Below, piece by piece: positions 36,291 to 47,960 of a stretch of DNA of 64,000 bases. Origin of the DNA: Ranitomeya imitator (taxonomy: Eukaryota); the NCBI RefSeq assembly GCF_032444005.1, contig NC_091285.1, positions 119,598,001 through 119,662,000 on the forward strand, given 5' to 3'. A program made the position numbers and the translations under genes. Numbering within the stretch: position 1 is the first letter of the stretch; each line of letters begins with the position of its first letter. The notes under the pieces are model-generated. The model did not search any database. It worked only from the letters and a program-made list of their open reading frames with translations, and was not told the origin of the DNA.

Positions 36291-37110
36291 GTGGGAACAA
36301 GACAAAGGCTACACCTTATCTTGTCATATTCTATATTTGTATATAAATGTTCAATGTCCTAATGTACAAAGTAATGTTTAGACCTAAGGATAGATTGACA
36401 GTGAGAATAAATGGAAATTTGGTGATACCTCTGGTACAAACATTTCAATGAATACTGGCACAGAGAATTATTTTGGCAGCTATTGGATGCAATAGATCGT
36501 ATTCATTTTGAAAAGGCCAATAGAAGAAAATTATTATAGCAAGAAATGTATTGGATTACATAGGTTAGAAACTCAATGTGTTAAATTAGTGCTGTAATTT
36601 TAGTATATATTTGTGATCACTTTCCTGTATGCTAAGTTAACCAGAATATGCAAGGTCCCCCTGCACATGCCGGCACATGTCCAGGCCTGCTTGAAGTTTA
36701 CCAATGACCATCTGCATGATACAGAGGAGGCATGGGAGAAGGTTATGTGGTCACATGAGACCAAAATAGAACTTTTAGGTATCAACTCCAATCACCGTGT
36801 TTGCAAGAAGAAGGATGAGTGCAACCCCCAAAACACCGTCCCAACTGTGAATCATGGTGAGGGAAACATAATACTTTGGGGGTGCTTTTATGCAAAGAGG
36901 AAAGGACGAATGCACTGTATTGCATGGAGGATGGATGGGTCATGTATAGTGAGATTTTGGTCAGCAACCTTCTTCCCTCATGTCAGAGTATTGAATATGG
37001 GTCATGGCTGGGTCTTCCAGCAAGAAAATGACCCAAAACACACAGCCACGACAACTAAAGAGAGGCTCTGTAAGAAACATTTAAATATCCTGCAGTGGCC
37101 TAGCTAGTCT

Positions 37111-37443
37111 GAGACTTGCGGTGGACGCCGTGTCTGGAGGCGGTTCTCCTCCCCTCTCTCTCCAGTCTGCTCAGTTGCGGGTGTGTTTTCCTGCAGGTGG
37201 TCATTACCCACCATTTGTTCTCTGTTCCCCAGTTGTTAGTTCCGCCCCTTTGTCCATTTGTTTTGGGGCGCTCTACGGTTGCGCTATTATCTTTTACGTA
37301 GTGTTCTACTCTAGTTCATTGGCCGGATTGGCCCTCATATGCATGTGACTGATGAAAGTCCCAAGGGACTGAAACGTTTCTTGTGCTACCAATAAATCGT
37401 TTCAACGGTTACTGAAGTTGAGTGCTAGACTTCTTGTGCTATA
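37111..37443 (+). mobile_element. 333-bp non-coding retro-insert (Penelope-like pLTR 3' fragment or retrozyme-like monomer)
   Basis: 10-bp TSD TAGCTAGTCT at 37101-37110 and 37444-37453, splitting the Tc1 WPS/QSPD codons. Contains a hammerhead core and AATAAA at 37391. Confidence 0.8.
37341..37386 (+). ncRNA. Minimal type I hammerhead ribozyme (Penelope-type, palindromic helix III)
   Basis: CTGATGA at 37349-37355, an extra A, stem II AGTCCC-AA-GGGACT, GAAAC at 37371-37375, and palindrome GAAACGTTTC. Stem I GCATGTGA/TCTTGTGC has one mismatch and two G-U pairs. Predicted GUU cleavage after 37378. Confidence 0.75.
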
Positions 37444-37868
37444 TAGCTAGTCTCCAGACCTGAACCAAATAGAAAATCTTTGGAGGGAGATGAAACTCAA
37501 TGCTGCCCAGCGGCAGCCTCGAAACCTGAAAGATCTGGTGAAGATCTTATGGAGTAGTGAGCCAAAATCCCTGCTGCAGTGAGTGCAAACTTGGTCAAGA
37601 ACTACAGAAACGTCTGACCTCTGTAATTGGAAACAAATGTTTATGTACCACATATTAAGCTCTTTTTCAAATGTATCAAATATTTATTTCATGCAATAAA
37701 ATGCAAATTAATTATGTAATAATTATACAATGTGATTTTCTTTTTAAGATTCTGTCTCTCACAGTTGAAGTGTGCCTACAATAAAAATTACAGACCTCTC
37801 CATTCTTTATTAGGTGGGAAAACTTACAAAATTGTCAGTGCATCAAATACGTATTTTCCCCACTGTTT

Positions 37869-37877
<9 letters not shown>

Positions 37878-37918
<41 letters not shown>
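37878..37918. repeat. (TA)n microsatellite
   Basis: Seen directly in the sequence. Confidence 0.93.
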
Positions 37919-37919
<1 letters not shown>

Positions 37920-38122
37920 ATATGCATAAAAGATATTCACTGCACACTGTTTTACAGCAAAAGTTAAGAGTTTATTCAACTTAATGACACAATAATTAGA
38001 AATTCAGACAGTGCGTGTTGGCTGTGATAAATCATACATTTAGTTAAAAGTCAGACAGTGATTGTGGTAGCTATCCATGGTGCTGCTGAACACCAAAAGA
38101 AACACAAGCTGCTCTTCTACAG

Positions 38123-38227
38123 CACTGCCAATGCGTTATTACTGCTGGCTGCAATCAAGACGCAGTGTCTGAATTCCTAATAAATATACCAGAAATCATG
38201 CATGCTCTAGTATCTCCAGAAGACAAG
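38123..38227 (+). CDS. Candidate internal coding exon of an unidentified host gene (HCQCVITAGCNQDAVSEFLINIPEIMHALVSPEDK)
   Basis: Acceptor CTGCTCTTCTACAG and donor AAG|GTGAGT. 105 bp, phase 0-0, with only that frame open. No protein recognised and no partner exons found. Confidence 0.35.
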
Positions 38228-40098
38228 GTGAGTGTACTCCAGTTTTCGCTACATACACATGAGATGCAGGCTCCCGTTAAATGACAGATTACTCCTTATA
38301 GAGGAAGAAATCTGTCCGCCAGAGACTGGAGTGCAGGGGACGCAAATTTACATATTGCATGAACATCTTTCCCCTTTCTTGAGCGATGGTATTTTTCATT
38401 TTATTTACAGCTCTTTTCCTGGGTTACCTGCCTCTGATGTCCATGACAGGTGGCTTGTCTCTTAGGCAAGGAATGCAGCACTTATAAGCAATGTCTAATT
38501 GTGTGCTGCTCTGAATCTGGCCAAATCACTGGCCAACTGCAGTGCCACTGTGCTCCTGTGATGCTGAGCGCGGCTGAGCCGCTACTTGCAGTACACAGCG
38601 CACAGCTCTGGCCAGCGACACAATGGCAAAGGTCAGGTGTTAATAAAGCAGAAGTGCACCACCCTCCGCCGGCAAGTTTTACAGCCATATTCCACCATTA
38701 ACATAACATGGGTTTTTTCATACAAAGGTACACATTTGCAAATTTTCCTGGTCTAGTTTACTTGTGGAGACTAAGACTAGTTTGGCTGCCGTAGCTGCAG
38801 TCAAGCCTTCCAAGCCATGACTGACATTCTCTGGACAGCCCTGGTGTTTTCCTCAGTTCTTGAAAACCTTTGATTTTCCATGCACTTTCTCTTCAGTCCA
38901 ATACACCCTGGGGACCTAGACTGTAGCTACTAGTCTTGATGAGTTAACGCCTCACTGAACTAGTCGGTTTCATTTCAAAATAAGGCTTAAAAAATAGGGT
39001 GGTTTAAACTCATTTGGGAACCTGACAGTTTTCCAAGGAGAGAATGATCAAGCCATTTTGAAAAAAATACATCATGTACCTGAACTGCTGCTAGGTGATA
39101 TGCCAGATGTATTACAGTTGCTGCCATGAGCAGTACTAGAAATTGCAGACATGCAATGGTTAATAATAATCTTTATTTTTATATAGTGCTAACATATTCC
39201 GCAGCGCTTTACAGTTAATTACAAATTCTGCGTATGCCATCAGCAAGATATGTAGGCCACCGCATGACAAAGGGCACATGTGGCTTGAATAATGTGACTT
39301 TTTTTTACCTTTAGAATGTTTTGACATTTTTCCATATAGATGAAATTGCTAGAAGAATGCAACAATACCCACTTAAAAGCCAATGTGGCCGATGTCCTAT
39401 ATTCTACACCACTGTAGCTAGCTGTGTGAAAGTAGAAAACATACATTCATTACTTACTGTTTGCTGAGGTTTCACTCTTATTAATTAGAAACATATTGGA
39501 GTCATTAAAATGCCAGTTGTTTTTTGACTCGACTGTGATATGCATGTATAAGCTCATCTCAACTCTAATTAGGCAAAAAATATACACAGCAAAATAATCT
39601 GCACTTTCTAAATAGGAGAGAAATCGACTGAATGCCTTACAAAGGGTGACAGCATCGCTTGGATTGCCAGATAATTTATCGGAGCTGGAACATAGATTTT
39701 ACTTGGATTAGTCAAAACAAAGAATGATTTATACTGATTGGGGAAAGTGTGATGTCACATTGTTCAGATCTGAAGCGGCAGTGTCCTGCATCAAACATTG
39801 CCGCAGTTTCTTCTCATTACCTCTGTGCTGCAGTTTCCTCATTATTCATAACAGTACAATAAGGCAAGGTCAACAATTCCTCATTATAAGGGTCTTCCGG
39901 CAGATCTTCTATATGAGTCAGTGTACAGCGACAGAAAAAACATATACAATGACATTTATTACAACTTTTAGTTTTCTCTGGGTGTCCGTGTTTTCTTACA
40001 ATGTGACTATGGGGTTAGTAATGGGGGTGTCTTATTGACGCCTCTCCATTTCTAACCTCGGGGCTTGATGTCACCTGACAATAAAAACACGCAATGTA

Positions 40099-41704
40099 CA
40101 GTGGGGCAAAAAAGTATTTAGTCAGTAAGCAATAGTGCAAGTTTCACCACTTAAAAAGACGAGAGGCGTCTGTAATTTACATCATAGGTAGACCTCAACT
40201 ATGGGAGACAAACTGAGAAAAAAAAAATCCAGAAAATCACATTGTCTTTTTTTTATCATTTTTTTGCATATTATGGTGGAAAATAAGTATTTGGTCAGAA
40301 ACAAACAATCAAGATTTCTGGCTCTCACAGACCTGTAACTTCTTCTTTAAGAGTCTCCTCTTTCCTCCACTCATTACCTGTAGTAATGGCACCTGTTTAA
40401 ACTTGTTATCAGTATAAAAAGACACCTGTGCACACCCTCAAACAGTCTGACTCCAAACTCCACTATGGTGAAGACCAAAAAACTGTCAAAGGACACCAGA
40501 AACAAAATTGTAGCCCTGCACCAGGCTGGGAAGACTGAATCTGCAATAGCCAACCAGCTTGGAGTGAAGAAATCAACAGTGGGAGCAATAATTAGAAAAT
40601 GGAAGACATACAAGACCACTGATAATCTCCCTCGATCTGGGGCTCCACGCAAAATCCCACCCCGTGGGGTCAGAATGATCACAAGAACGGTGAGCAAAAA
40701 TCCCAGAACCACACGGGGGGACCTAGTGAATGAACTGCAGAGAGCTGGGACCAATGTAACAAGGCCTACCATAAGTAACACACTACGCCACCATGGACTC
40801 AGATCCTGCAGTGCCAGACGTGTCCCACTGCTTAAGCCAGTACATGTCCGGGCCCGTCTGAAGTTTGCTAGAGAGCATTTGGATGATCCAGAGGAGTTTT
40901 GGGAGAATGTCCTATGGTCTGATGAAACCAAACTGGAATTGTTTGGTAGAAACACAACTTGTCGTGTTTGGAGGAAAAAGAATACTGAGTTGCATCCATC
41001 AAACACCATACCTACTGTAAAGCATGGTGGTGGAAACATCATGCTTTGGGGCTGTTTCTCTGCAAAGGGGCCAGGACGACTGATCGGGGTACATGAAAGA
41101 ATGAATGGGGCCATGTATCGTGAGATTTTGAGTGCAAACCTCCTTCCATCAGCAAGGGCATTGAAGATGAAACGAGGATGGGTCTTTCAACATGACAATG
41201 ATCCAAAGCACACCGCCAGGGCAACGAAGGAGTGGCTTCGTAAGAAGCATTTCAAGGTCCTGGAGTGGCCTAGCCAGTCTCCAGATCTCAACCCTATAGA
41301 AAACCTTTGGAGGGAGTTGAAAGTCCGTGTTGCCAAGCGAAAAGCCAAAAACATCACTGCTCTAGAGGAGATCTGCATGGAGGAATGGGCCAACATACCA
41401 ACAACAGTGTGTGGCAACCTTGTGAAGACTTACAGAAAACGTTTGACCTCTGTCATTGCCAACAAAGGATATATTACAAAGTATTGAGATGAAATTTTGT
41501 TTCTGACCAAATACTTATTTTCCCCCATAATATGCAAATAAAATGTTAAAAAAAACAGACAATGTGATTTTCTGGATTTTTTTTTCTCAGTTTGTCTCTC
41601 GTAGTTGAGGTCTACCTATGATGTAAATTACAGACGCCTCTCATCTTTTTAAGTGGTGGAACTTGCACTATTGCTGACTGACTAAATACTTTTTTGCCCC
41701 ACTG
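40099..41704 (+). mobile_element. Full-length Tc1-family (DD34E) DNA transposon with ~207-bp IR/DR-type TIRs
   Basis: TA TSD at both ends and TIR CAGTGGGGCAAAAAAGTATTTAGTCAG. An inner direct-repeat-like AAATAAGTATTTGGTCA is present in both arms. Confidence 0.97.
40465..41487 (+). CDS. Intact Tc1 transposase, 340 aa
   Basis: HTH N-terminus, [24 protein letters not shown]. 34 residues lie between the second D and the E; no stops or frameshifts. Confidence 0.96.
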   Translation: MVKTKKLSKDTRNKIVALHQAGKTESAIANQLGVKKSTVGAIIRKWKTYKTTDNLPRSGAPRKIPPRGVRMITRTVSKNPRTTRGDLVNELQRAGTNVTRPTISNTLRHHGLRSCSARRVPLLKPVHVRARLKFAREHLDDPEEFWENVLWSDETKLELFGRNTTCRVWRKKNTELHPSNTIPTVKHGGGNIMLWGCFSAKGPGRLIGVHERMNGAMYREILSANLLPSARALKMKRGWVFQHDNDPKHTARATKEWLRKKHFKVLEWPSQSPDLNPIENLWRELKVRVAKRKAKNITALEEICMEEWANIPTTVCGNLVKTYRKRLTSVIANKGYITKY

Positions 41705-42040
41705 TATATGTGTGTTTTGAAGAACATTTTCTTTGAAAACGATGTGTAAATGACAGAATTACTGTATGTAAAAGCTCATGTTAAAATCGCATTGCAATCG
41801 TACACCAATCACAATGCACTCGGATGTAAATCGGACGATAGGTGTGAAAACGCGGATTGTACTCGCACAACAAACGCATGACACTCGCTTTATACTCGTC
41901 CGACTTAGCAGGAACAAAATCAGAGCGATTTTAAACTGGCTAGTGTGACTCCAGCCTTACTGTGACAGCCGAGAATCTGCAGAAGACCCCCGTCGCTGTC
42001 ATCTCTGTCCTCCTATGAAGCTCAGATTGATCAGACTGAG

Positions 42041-44077
42041 ATGTTACAAAATCCTGTAATACTAAGGTATTGCAATATAACATATAAGATTAAATCAGTT
42101 AGAATGTGGAATCCAACAAATGAACAGGCTTTACAGGATTGCTTTCATCTTACAGACTGGGATGTGCTGCTTGGGACAATGGACGAGTATACAAATGTTA
42201 ATGAAGTGGTTGGTAGGGTGACTGACTACATTAACTTCTGCACTGATATGTTGGTGCCGACTAAAAAGATTAGGTGTTTTGCAAACAACAAGCCATGGAT
42301 AACAAAGGAATTGAAGCATTTGCTCAACAGGAAAAAAAAGGCATTTAAACTGGGTGACAAAGAGGAAATTAAAATGATACAGCATGAATTGAAGCATAAA
42401 ATAAAGGAGGCCCAGGAAGCCTTCAGAATTAAACTTGAAAAGAAACTGTCCCACAATAATACCAGAGAGGTTTGGGCAGGAATGAAATTACTGACTGGGC
42501 TTAAGCTGAGGCTTGAAAATGATCCAGGAACAATGGACAAGGCTAATGAGATGAATGAGTATTTCAACAGGTTCAGCAGTACATGTGTAATGCAAACTGA
42601 TAGTGGATGGGAACTGGGTGCAAATTCTGCAACATCGATATTGGAGGATGAGCAGACCTATTTTAGAGTATCCGAAAATGATGTGAGGAGGCAGTTTAAG
42701 TCACTTAACATTGGTAAAGCTGCAGGACCTGATGGACTCAGCTCACGTGTCCTTAAAGTGTGTGCAGACCAGCTGTGTACTGTCTTTACGCGCCTATTTA
42801 ATGGAAGTCTACAAACACAGAGGGTACCGGTGTTATGGAAAACTTCCTGTCTGGTGCCGGTACCCAAGACTTCTTCTCCTGCAACCCTAAATGACTATCG
42901 TCCTGTAGCCTTAACATCTCACGCTATGAAGGCCTTGGAAAGATTAGTGCTTGCTCACTTAAGACCGAGGGTCAATGCTTTTATTGATCCCCTTCAGTTT
43001 GCTTACCGACATAGATTGGGGGTGGATGATGCTATCCTTTCTCTGCTACATAGGGTACATTCATTTCTGGAGAATGACGGAGCCACGGTGCGAGCGATGT
43101 TCTTCGATTTCTCGAGTGCATTCAACTCCCTGCAGCCACTTTTACTACACAAAAAGATGACTGATATGAAGGTTGAGGAGGGGATGAGAAATTGGATAAC
43201 TGACTACCTATCAGATCGGCCACAGTTTGTACAGATGGGAGCAGTGGTGTCAAGCAGATTATTGAGCAGTGTAGGTGCCCCCCAGGGAACGGTGCTTGCG
43301 CCCTTTCTATTCACACTGTATACTTCAGACTTTCAGTATAAATCTGAACTTTGCCATCTTCAAAAATTTTCGGATGACTCCGTGGTTGTGGGATGCATTA
43401 GGGGAGATCAGGGGGATGAGGAATATAGAAGGGTGGTGTCGAATTTCGTGGATTGGTGCAATGGTAACTATCTGCAGCTAAATGTTAAGAAAACCAAGGA
43501 GTTGGTGGCCAACTATAGCAGGATAAAGTTGGAATGCTTACCGATCACTATTGCTGGTCAGGAGGTAGAGCAGGTGGAGAGTTACAAATATTTGGGGGTC
43601 CATTTGGATAGCAAACTGGACTGGAGATGCCACTCAGAGTTTGTCTACAAGAAGGGGATGAGCAGATTGTATTTCCTAAGGAAACTGAGGTCTTTTAATG
43701 TGTGTAGCAAAATGTTAGAAATGTTCTACCAATCTGTGGTGGCAAGTGCCATCTTTTTTGCAATCACGTGCTGGGGTAGTAGTGTGCGGGCCTCTGATGC
43801 TAATAAGCTGAATAAGATTATTAAGAAGGCAAGTTCTGCTGTGGGCTGCAATCTGGACTCTTTTGGGGAGGTAGTGGAGAAAAGAACTCTGAGAAAGTGT
43901 ATGACAATTATGAACAATAATGCACATCCATTATATGAGCTATTCATGAGACAGAAGAGCACCTTCAGCAACCGGCTAATACTTCTGAGGTGTAAGAAGG
44001 AAAAATACAGGAAATCGTTTGTGCCAACTGCCATGGGAATGTACAACAATAACATTAGGGTTAAACCACCAAGGTGA
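42041..44077 (+). CDS. Rex/Babar ORF2 remainder (RT domain intact, endonuclease missing); the first ~16 codons come from flank
   Basis: Motifs LQDCF..TDW, NNKPW, NDYRPVALTS, DPLQFAYR, FFDFSSAFN, GAPQGTVLAP, QKFSDDS, YKYLGV. Confidence 0.88.
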   Translation: MLQNPVILRYCNITYKIKSVRMWNPTNEQALQDCFHLTDWDVLLGTMDEYTNVNEVVGRVTDYINFCTDMLVPTKKIRCFANNKPWITKELKHLLNRKKKAFKLGDKEEIKMIQHELKHKIKEAQEAFRIKLEKKLSHNNTREVWAGMKLLTGLKLRLENDPGTMDKANEMNEYFNRFSSTCVMQTDSGWELGANSATSILEDEQTYFRVSENDVRRQFKSLNIGKAAGPDGLSSRVLKVCADQLCTVFTRLFNGSLQTQRVPVLWKTSCLVPVPKTSSPATLNDYRPVALTSHAMKALERLVLAHLRPRVNAFIDPLQFAYRHRLGVDDAILSLLHRVHSFLENDGATVRAMFFDFSSAFNSLQPLLLHKKMTDMKVEEGMRNWITDYLSDRPQFVQMGAVVSSRLLSSVGAPQGTVLAPFLFTLYTSDFQYKSELCHLQKFSDDSVVVGCIRGDQGDEEYRRVVSNFVDWCNGNYLQLNVKKTKELVANYSRIKLECLPITIAGQEVEQVESYKYLGVHLDSKLDWRCHSEFVYKKGMSRLYFLRKLRSFNVCSKMLEMFYQSVVASAIFFAITCWGSSVRASDANKLNKIIKKASSAVGCNLDSFGEVVEKRTLRKCMTIMNNNAHPLYELFMRQKSTFSNRLILLRCKKEKYRKSFVPTAMGMYNNNIRVKPPR

Positions 44078-44268
44078 ATGTCTACTTATTTCTCTGCATT
44101 TCGGTTCACTCGTTGTGTATGACCTATTCTAGTGTGTGGTGTTCTTCTGTCAACAGGCTGTCATGTCAACTGTGGAATTCCTTTGTGATTTTTGTGATTT
44201 GAGTTGTGCTGCTGTGATACCATAATTTCCCACGGGATCAATAAAGTGTATCGTATCGTATCGTATCG
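42090..44268 (+). mobile_element. 5'-truncated Rex1/Babar-clade LINE
   Basis: Stop-free RT ORF, AATAAA plus (TATCG)n tail, and candidate 7-bp TSD TATAAGA at 42083-42089 and 44269-44275. Confidence 0.9.
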
Positions 44269-45105
44269 TATAAGAGATCAGATCAAATCACATAAGGGAT
44301 TCAAAATTAAAGTAAAAAAATTTAATGTAAACATTTAAAAAAAAACAGAAAATGTTAAATATAAAAGTTCAAATCATCCCTCATCAAAAAGAAAAAAAGA
44401 AAAAAAACACATATTTGGTATCACCAAGTTTATAAAAGTCTGATTTATTAAGATATGTAATAAATCAACTGTATTGGTAAATGCAGTAAATAGAAAAAAA
44501 AATCAAATCACCATAATTGTGTTTTTTGGTCACCTCACCTTCCTAAAAAAATGAACAAATAAGCCAAACACAAGCCTTCACTCATTCCCATCAACAAACA
44601 AAAATGTTACAGTTCTTGGAAAAAGGCGATATAAAAGTGAAAAAAAATTATGATAGTGACATCTAAATGGTTAACAACAGAAATTATAGTTCAGCTCTAT
44701 TCGCTGCTATTACCGACAGATGACTATGGAATTTGTCACAGATTTCATAATGTATGTGAATTGGGTAATAAAAAATCAGTGCAGTAGATGACGTCTTCCA
44801 TTTACAGTGAATATTGTATGCAATGCTAAGTCCTTGTGTTACATGTGCAGTGTATAGCGCACACATGGCTAAACTCCGCAGAGTCTCTTCACTAATTTTT
44901 CACTGACTCCTAGCCTCATGCAATCTATGGCACTGCTGACATATCCCCTACTGTGCCTGAAATCACTGTTTTATTACACTAAGGCTGCTTCAGGAACACT
45001 AATGTTGTTTATATCTGCTACTCAAGGGAAATGTCTATGACTGTCCACTGAAGGGGGGAGGCTTCATTCATTCTTTTGGTCTCCATACACCTTTGTTGCT
45101 GCTAA

Positions 45106-45650
45106 GGCTACTTTCACTCTTCCGTCTTTTAAAATCAGTCACAATCCGTCAAAGTGTTGAAAAGACGGATCCTGTGCAGATTGTAAAAAAACGGATGCAC
45201 TGGATCCTGTTTTTTGACGGATCCGTCGATGCAGCAGTAATGGGTTAAATTAAAGGAATAGAAATCCTTCCAGGCATACTCAGTGTAAAAAAACGGAATC
45301 TGTTGCTGGATTCCGTCATTTGACGGACAGCAACAGATCCTGCGCCTATAGGCTTCCATTCTAGCCAACGACGGATGCCGCAAGATCCGTCGCTGTACGT
45401 GTTTTTGACGCAAACAAAAAGCGTTACATTGAACGTTTTTTCCAGACGACAGTCTGCCAAAACACGACGGATCCGTCGCACGACGGATCCGTCGCATGAC
45501 CGATGTGACGTGTGGCCATCCGTCGCGATCTGTCGCTAATACAAGTTTATGGGAAAAAAATGGATCCTGCAGGCACATTTGCAGGATCTGTTTTTTTCTC
45601 AAAACGACGCATTGCAACGGATCTGAAAAGACGAAAGTGTGAAAGTAGCC
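45106..45650. mobile_element. PIF/Harbinger-type MITE
   Basis: TIR GGCTACTTTCAC and TAA TSD on both sides. Confidence 0.88.
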
Positions 45651-46977
45651 TAAACAGGGAGATCACTGCAAAAGCCTACACTACTATTCCAAGTATCCAT
45701 CATACACACAGCTACCATGACTATGTAGCAGTGCAGGTCAGGTCTTTACACTAGAAGCACAATGGACACAGGGGAAATATGAACAGACTTTACAGCAAGC
45801 AATAAATAATGTACTGTTTCCAAAACGGCAAACCCCCTATAAAACAGACAGGAACATACTAGATCTATTCAAGTGTTAATAATAAGGTACACGTGTGCAG
45901 TAGGCCAGGACAGTGCTTCCCTGACACACCGGCCACTCTTACATATGATTTCATCAGGTTACAATATGGGATGCGATAGTGCCATGATGCAAGCTCCTGC
46001 ATCCTACAGCAATGTACCAGCCCTTATATCATCACTGTCTTCCATGTGACCAGGTTTTCTCTAAGGCCTGAGCAGCCAGCACAGACGTCAGCACCGGCTG
46101 AATATGGCATGTGGTGCCACAATAGCTTTTTCTGCTTTTTGTGAGAAGACAGGACTTATTTAAGAGCACTTTGTGTCTTGTCCACACTGGGAACGGAATG
46201 TGCAAGAGAAGCAATTTTATTTACAGCCCGGGGAATTTTTTTTCTGCTCTGCAACCATGCGGCAATCTTTAATTAAGCCCCGGTGTGAAGATACATACGT
46301 GTCAGACAATGTCGGGCGAGTGTGCAGCTCACTAAGGGAATGATTGGAGTTCATGGATGCCAACAATGTGTAATGTAAAAGTGCATCTTCAGCTGTAACA
46401 TCCAGAATAAATTAGAGACCATAAAACCAGTCGTAAAATACATATTGCATTTGTGGGAAGCCTTAAAACTACCTCTGTATACATGTGGGAGTGCTTTGTA
46501 ATCCAGATTGTAAATGAAGGAAAATAAGAGGGGATGGCTGATTTTATATCAGTACGTGGAAGTTGTTATGCCCTGTAATTTGATTTACAGGCCGCCCTTG
46601 GCTTTTGGTAATTGAGGTAGGATAAAAAAAAACACCAAGAAATTACAAGTTGGGAAATGACATTGAGATTGAAAATTGAAAAAAACAAGAGCACGGGTCC
46701 TGTCCGTGACAAGCCAGCATTGTACTATATATTAGGGGATGCACCACATCTTAGTTTAGGATTCTTCTGACCAGGGTTTGCATCCTTAGTCCCCTTATTG
46801 AATTTGGTTTAAGGCTATATACACGTTTCCATTTTATCATGGATTCCAAAATATTTTTTGGAAAAAATTATAGTCAATTTTTTTTCATTTATTTCATAAT
46901 GTAAGCAAAATAGCACATGCAAAATCAGCCTTTTTTAGATGAATCTTCTGCAAACAGAAGCAAAAAACATCATGTAA

Positions 46978-47960
46978 GGCTGGTTTCACACTTGCGTTTC
47001 AAAACAAAAACGCATGGTGAAAAAACGCATGTAAACACGTGAAAACGCTGCGTTTTTTTGACGCATGCGTTTTTGAATGTGGTGAAAAAAACGCAGCCTT
47101 TTCACGCGTTTACATGCGTTTTTTCATGCGTTTGCGTTTTTTAAACGCATGCTGAGAAATGTGTGACAGCTGCCAATCATCAAAATAAAGTAAAAAACCC
47201 ACTATAAACAGAAATAGTTAGGGTTAGGGTTAGGGGTAGGGATCATAACTCTAACCCTAACCCTAAAGGGATCCTAACCCTAATCCTAACCCTAAGCCTA
47301 AAGGGATCCTAACCCTAACCCTAAAGGGATTAGGGTTAGGGTTAGGGGTAGGGTTAGGATCCCTTAACCCTAAGCCTAAAGGGATCCTAACCCTAACCCT
47401 AAAGGGATTAGGGTTAGGGGTAGGGTTAGGATCCCTTTAGGGTTAGGGTTAGGGTTAGGATCCCTTTAGGGTTAGTGTTAGGGGTAGGGTTAGGGATAGG
47501 GTTAGGATCCCTTTAGGGTTAGGGTTAGGATCCCTTTAGGGTTAGGGTTAGGATCCCTTTAGGGTTAGGGCTAGGATCCCATTATTACCTTTATGGTGGG
47601 GGTGGCATATCAGTGTGTTTTCTGTTTTTTTAATAAAAACGCATGCGTTTTTAAAGCAAACAAACGCATGTGCTTAAAAACGCATGCGTTTCCATTGACT
47701 CCAATGTATTTTTTGACACAAAAAAAACGCATGAAAACGCATGCGTTTTTATGTGTCAAAGAAACGCCTCTCAAAAATACTACAAGTTGCATTTCTGAAA
47801 AAGAACGCATGCAGCAAAAAAACGCATGCATTTCAAAACGCGACCAAACGCGTACAACAAAAAACGCATGCGTTTTCAATGTTAAATATAGGGAAAAAAA
47901 ACGCATGCGTTTTTTTGTGCAAAAAACGCTGCAGACAAAAACGCAAGTGTGAAACCACCC
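46978..47960. mobile_element. Harbinger-type MITE with a telomeric-repeat core
   Basis: TIR GG(C/G)TGGTTTCACACTTGCGTT; flanks are TAA and TTA, an imperfect TSD. Confidence 0.8.
47218..47580. repeat. Interstitial telomere-like array, alternating (TTAGGG)n and (CCCTAA)n blocks joined by GGATCC-containing linkers
   Basis: Seen directly in the sequence. Confidence 0.95.

Larger units (their letters stand above)
36640..37865 (+). mobile_element. Degenerate 5'-truncated Tc1-like element interrupted by a 333-bp insert
   Basis: Transposase motifs VMWSHETKIEL, WGCFYAK, WVFQQENDPKH, LQWPS|SPDL. Right TIR ends ..TTTCCCCACTG. Confidence 0.88.

Noticed and set aside
47218-47580. True chromosome end or ancestral fusion site
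   Set aside because: The array is short, internal, and enclosed by MITE TIRs.
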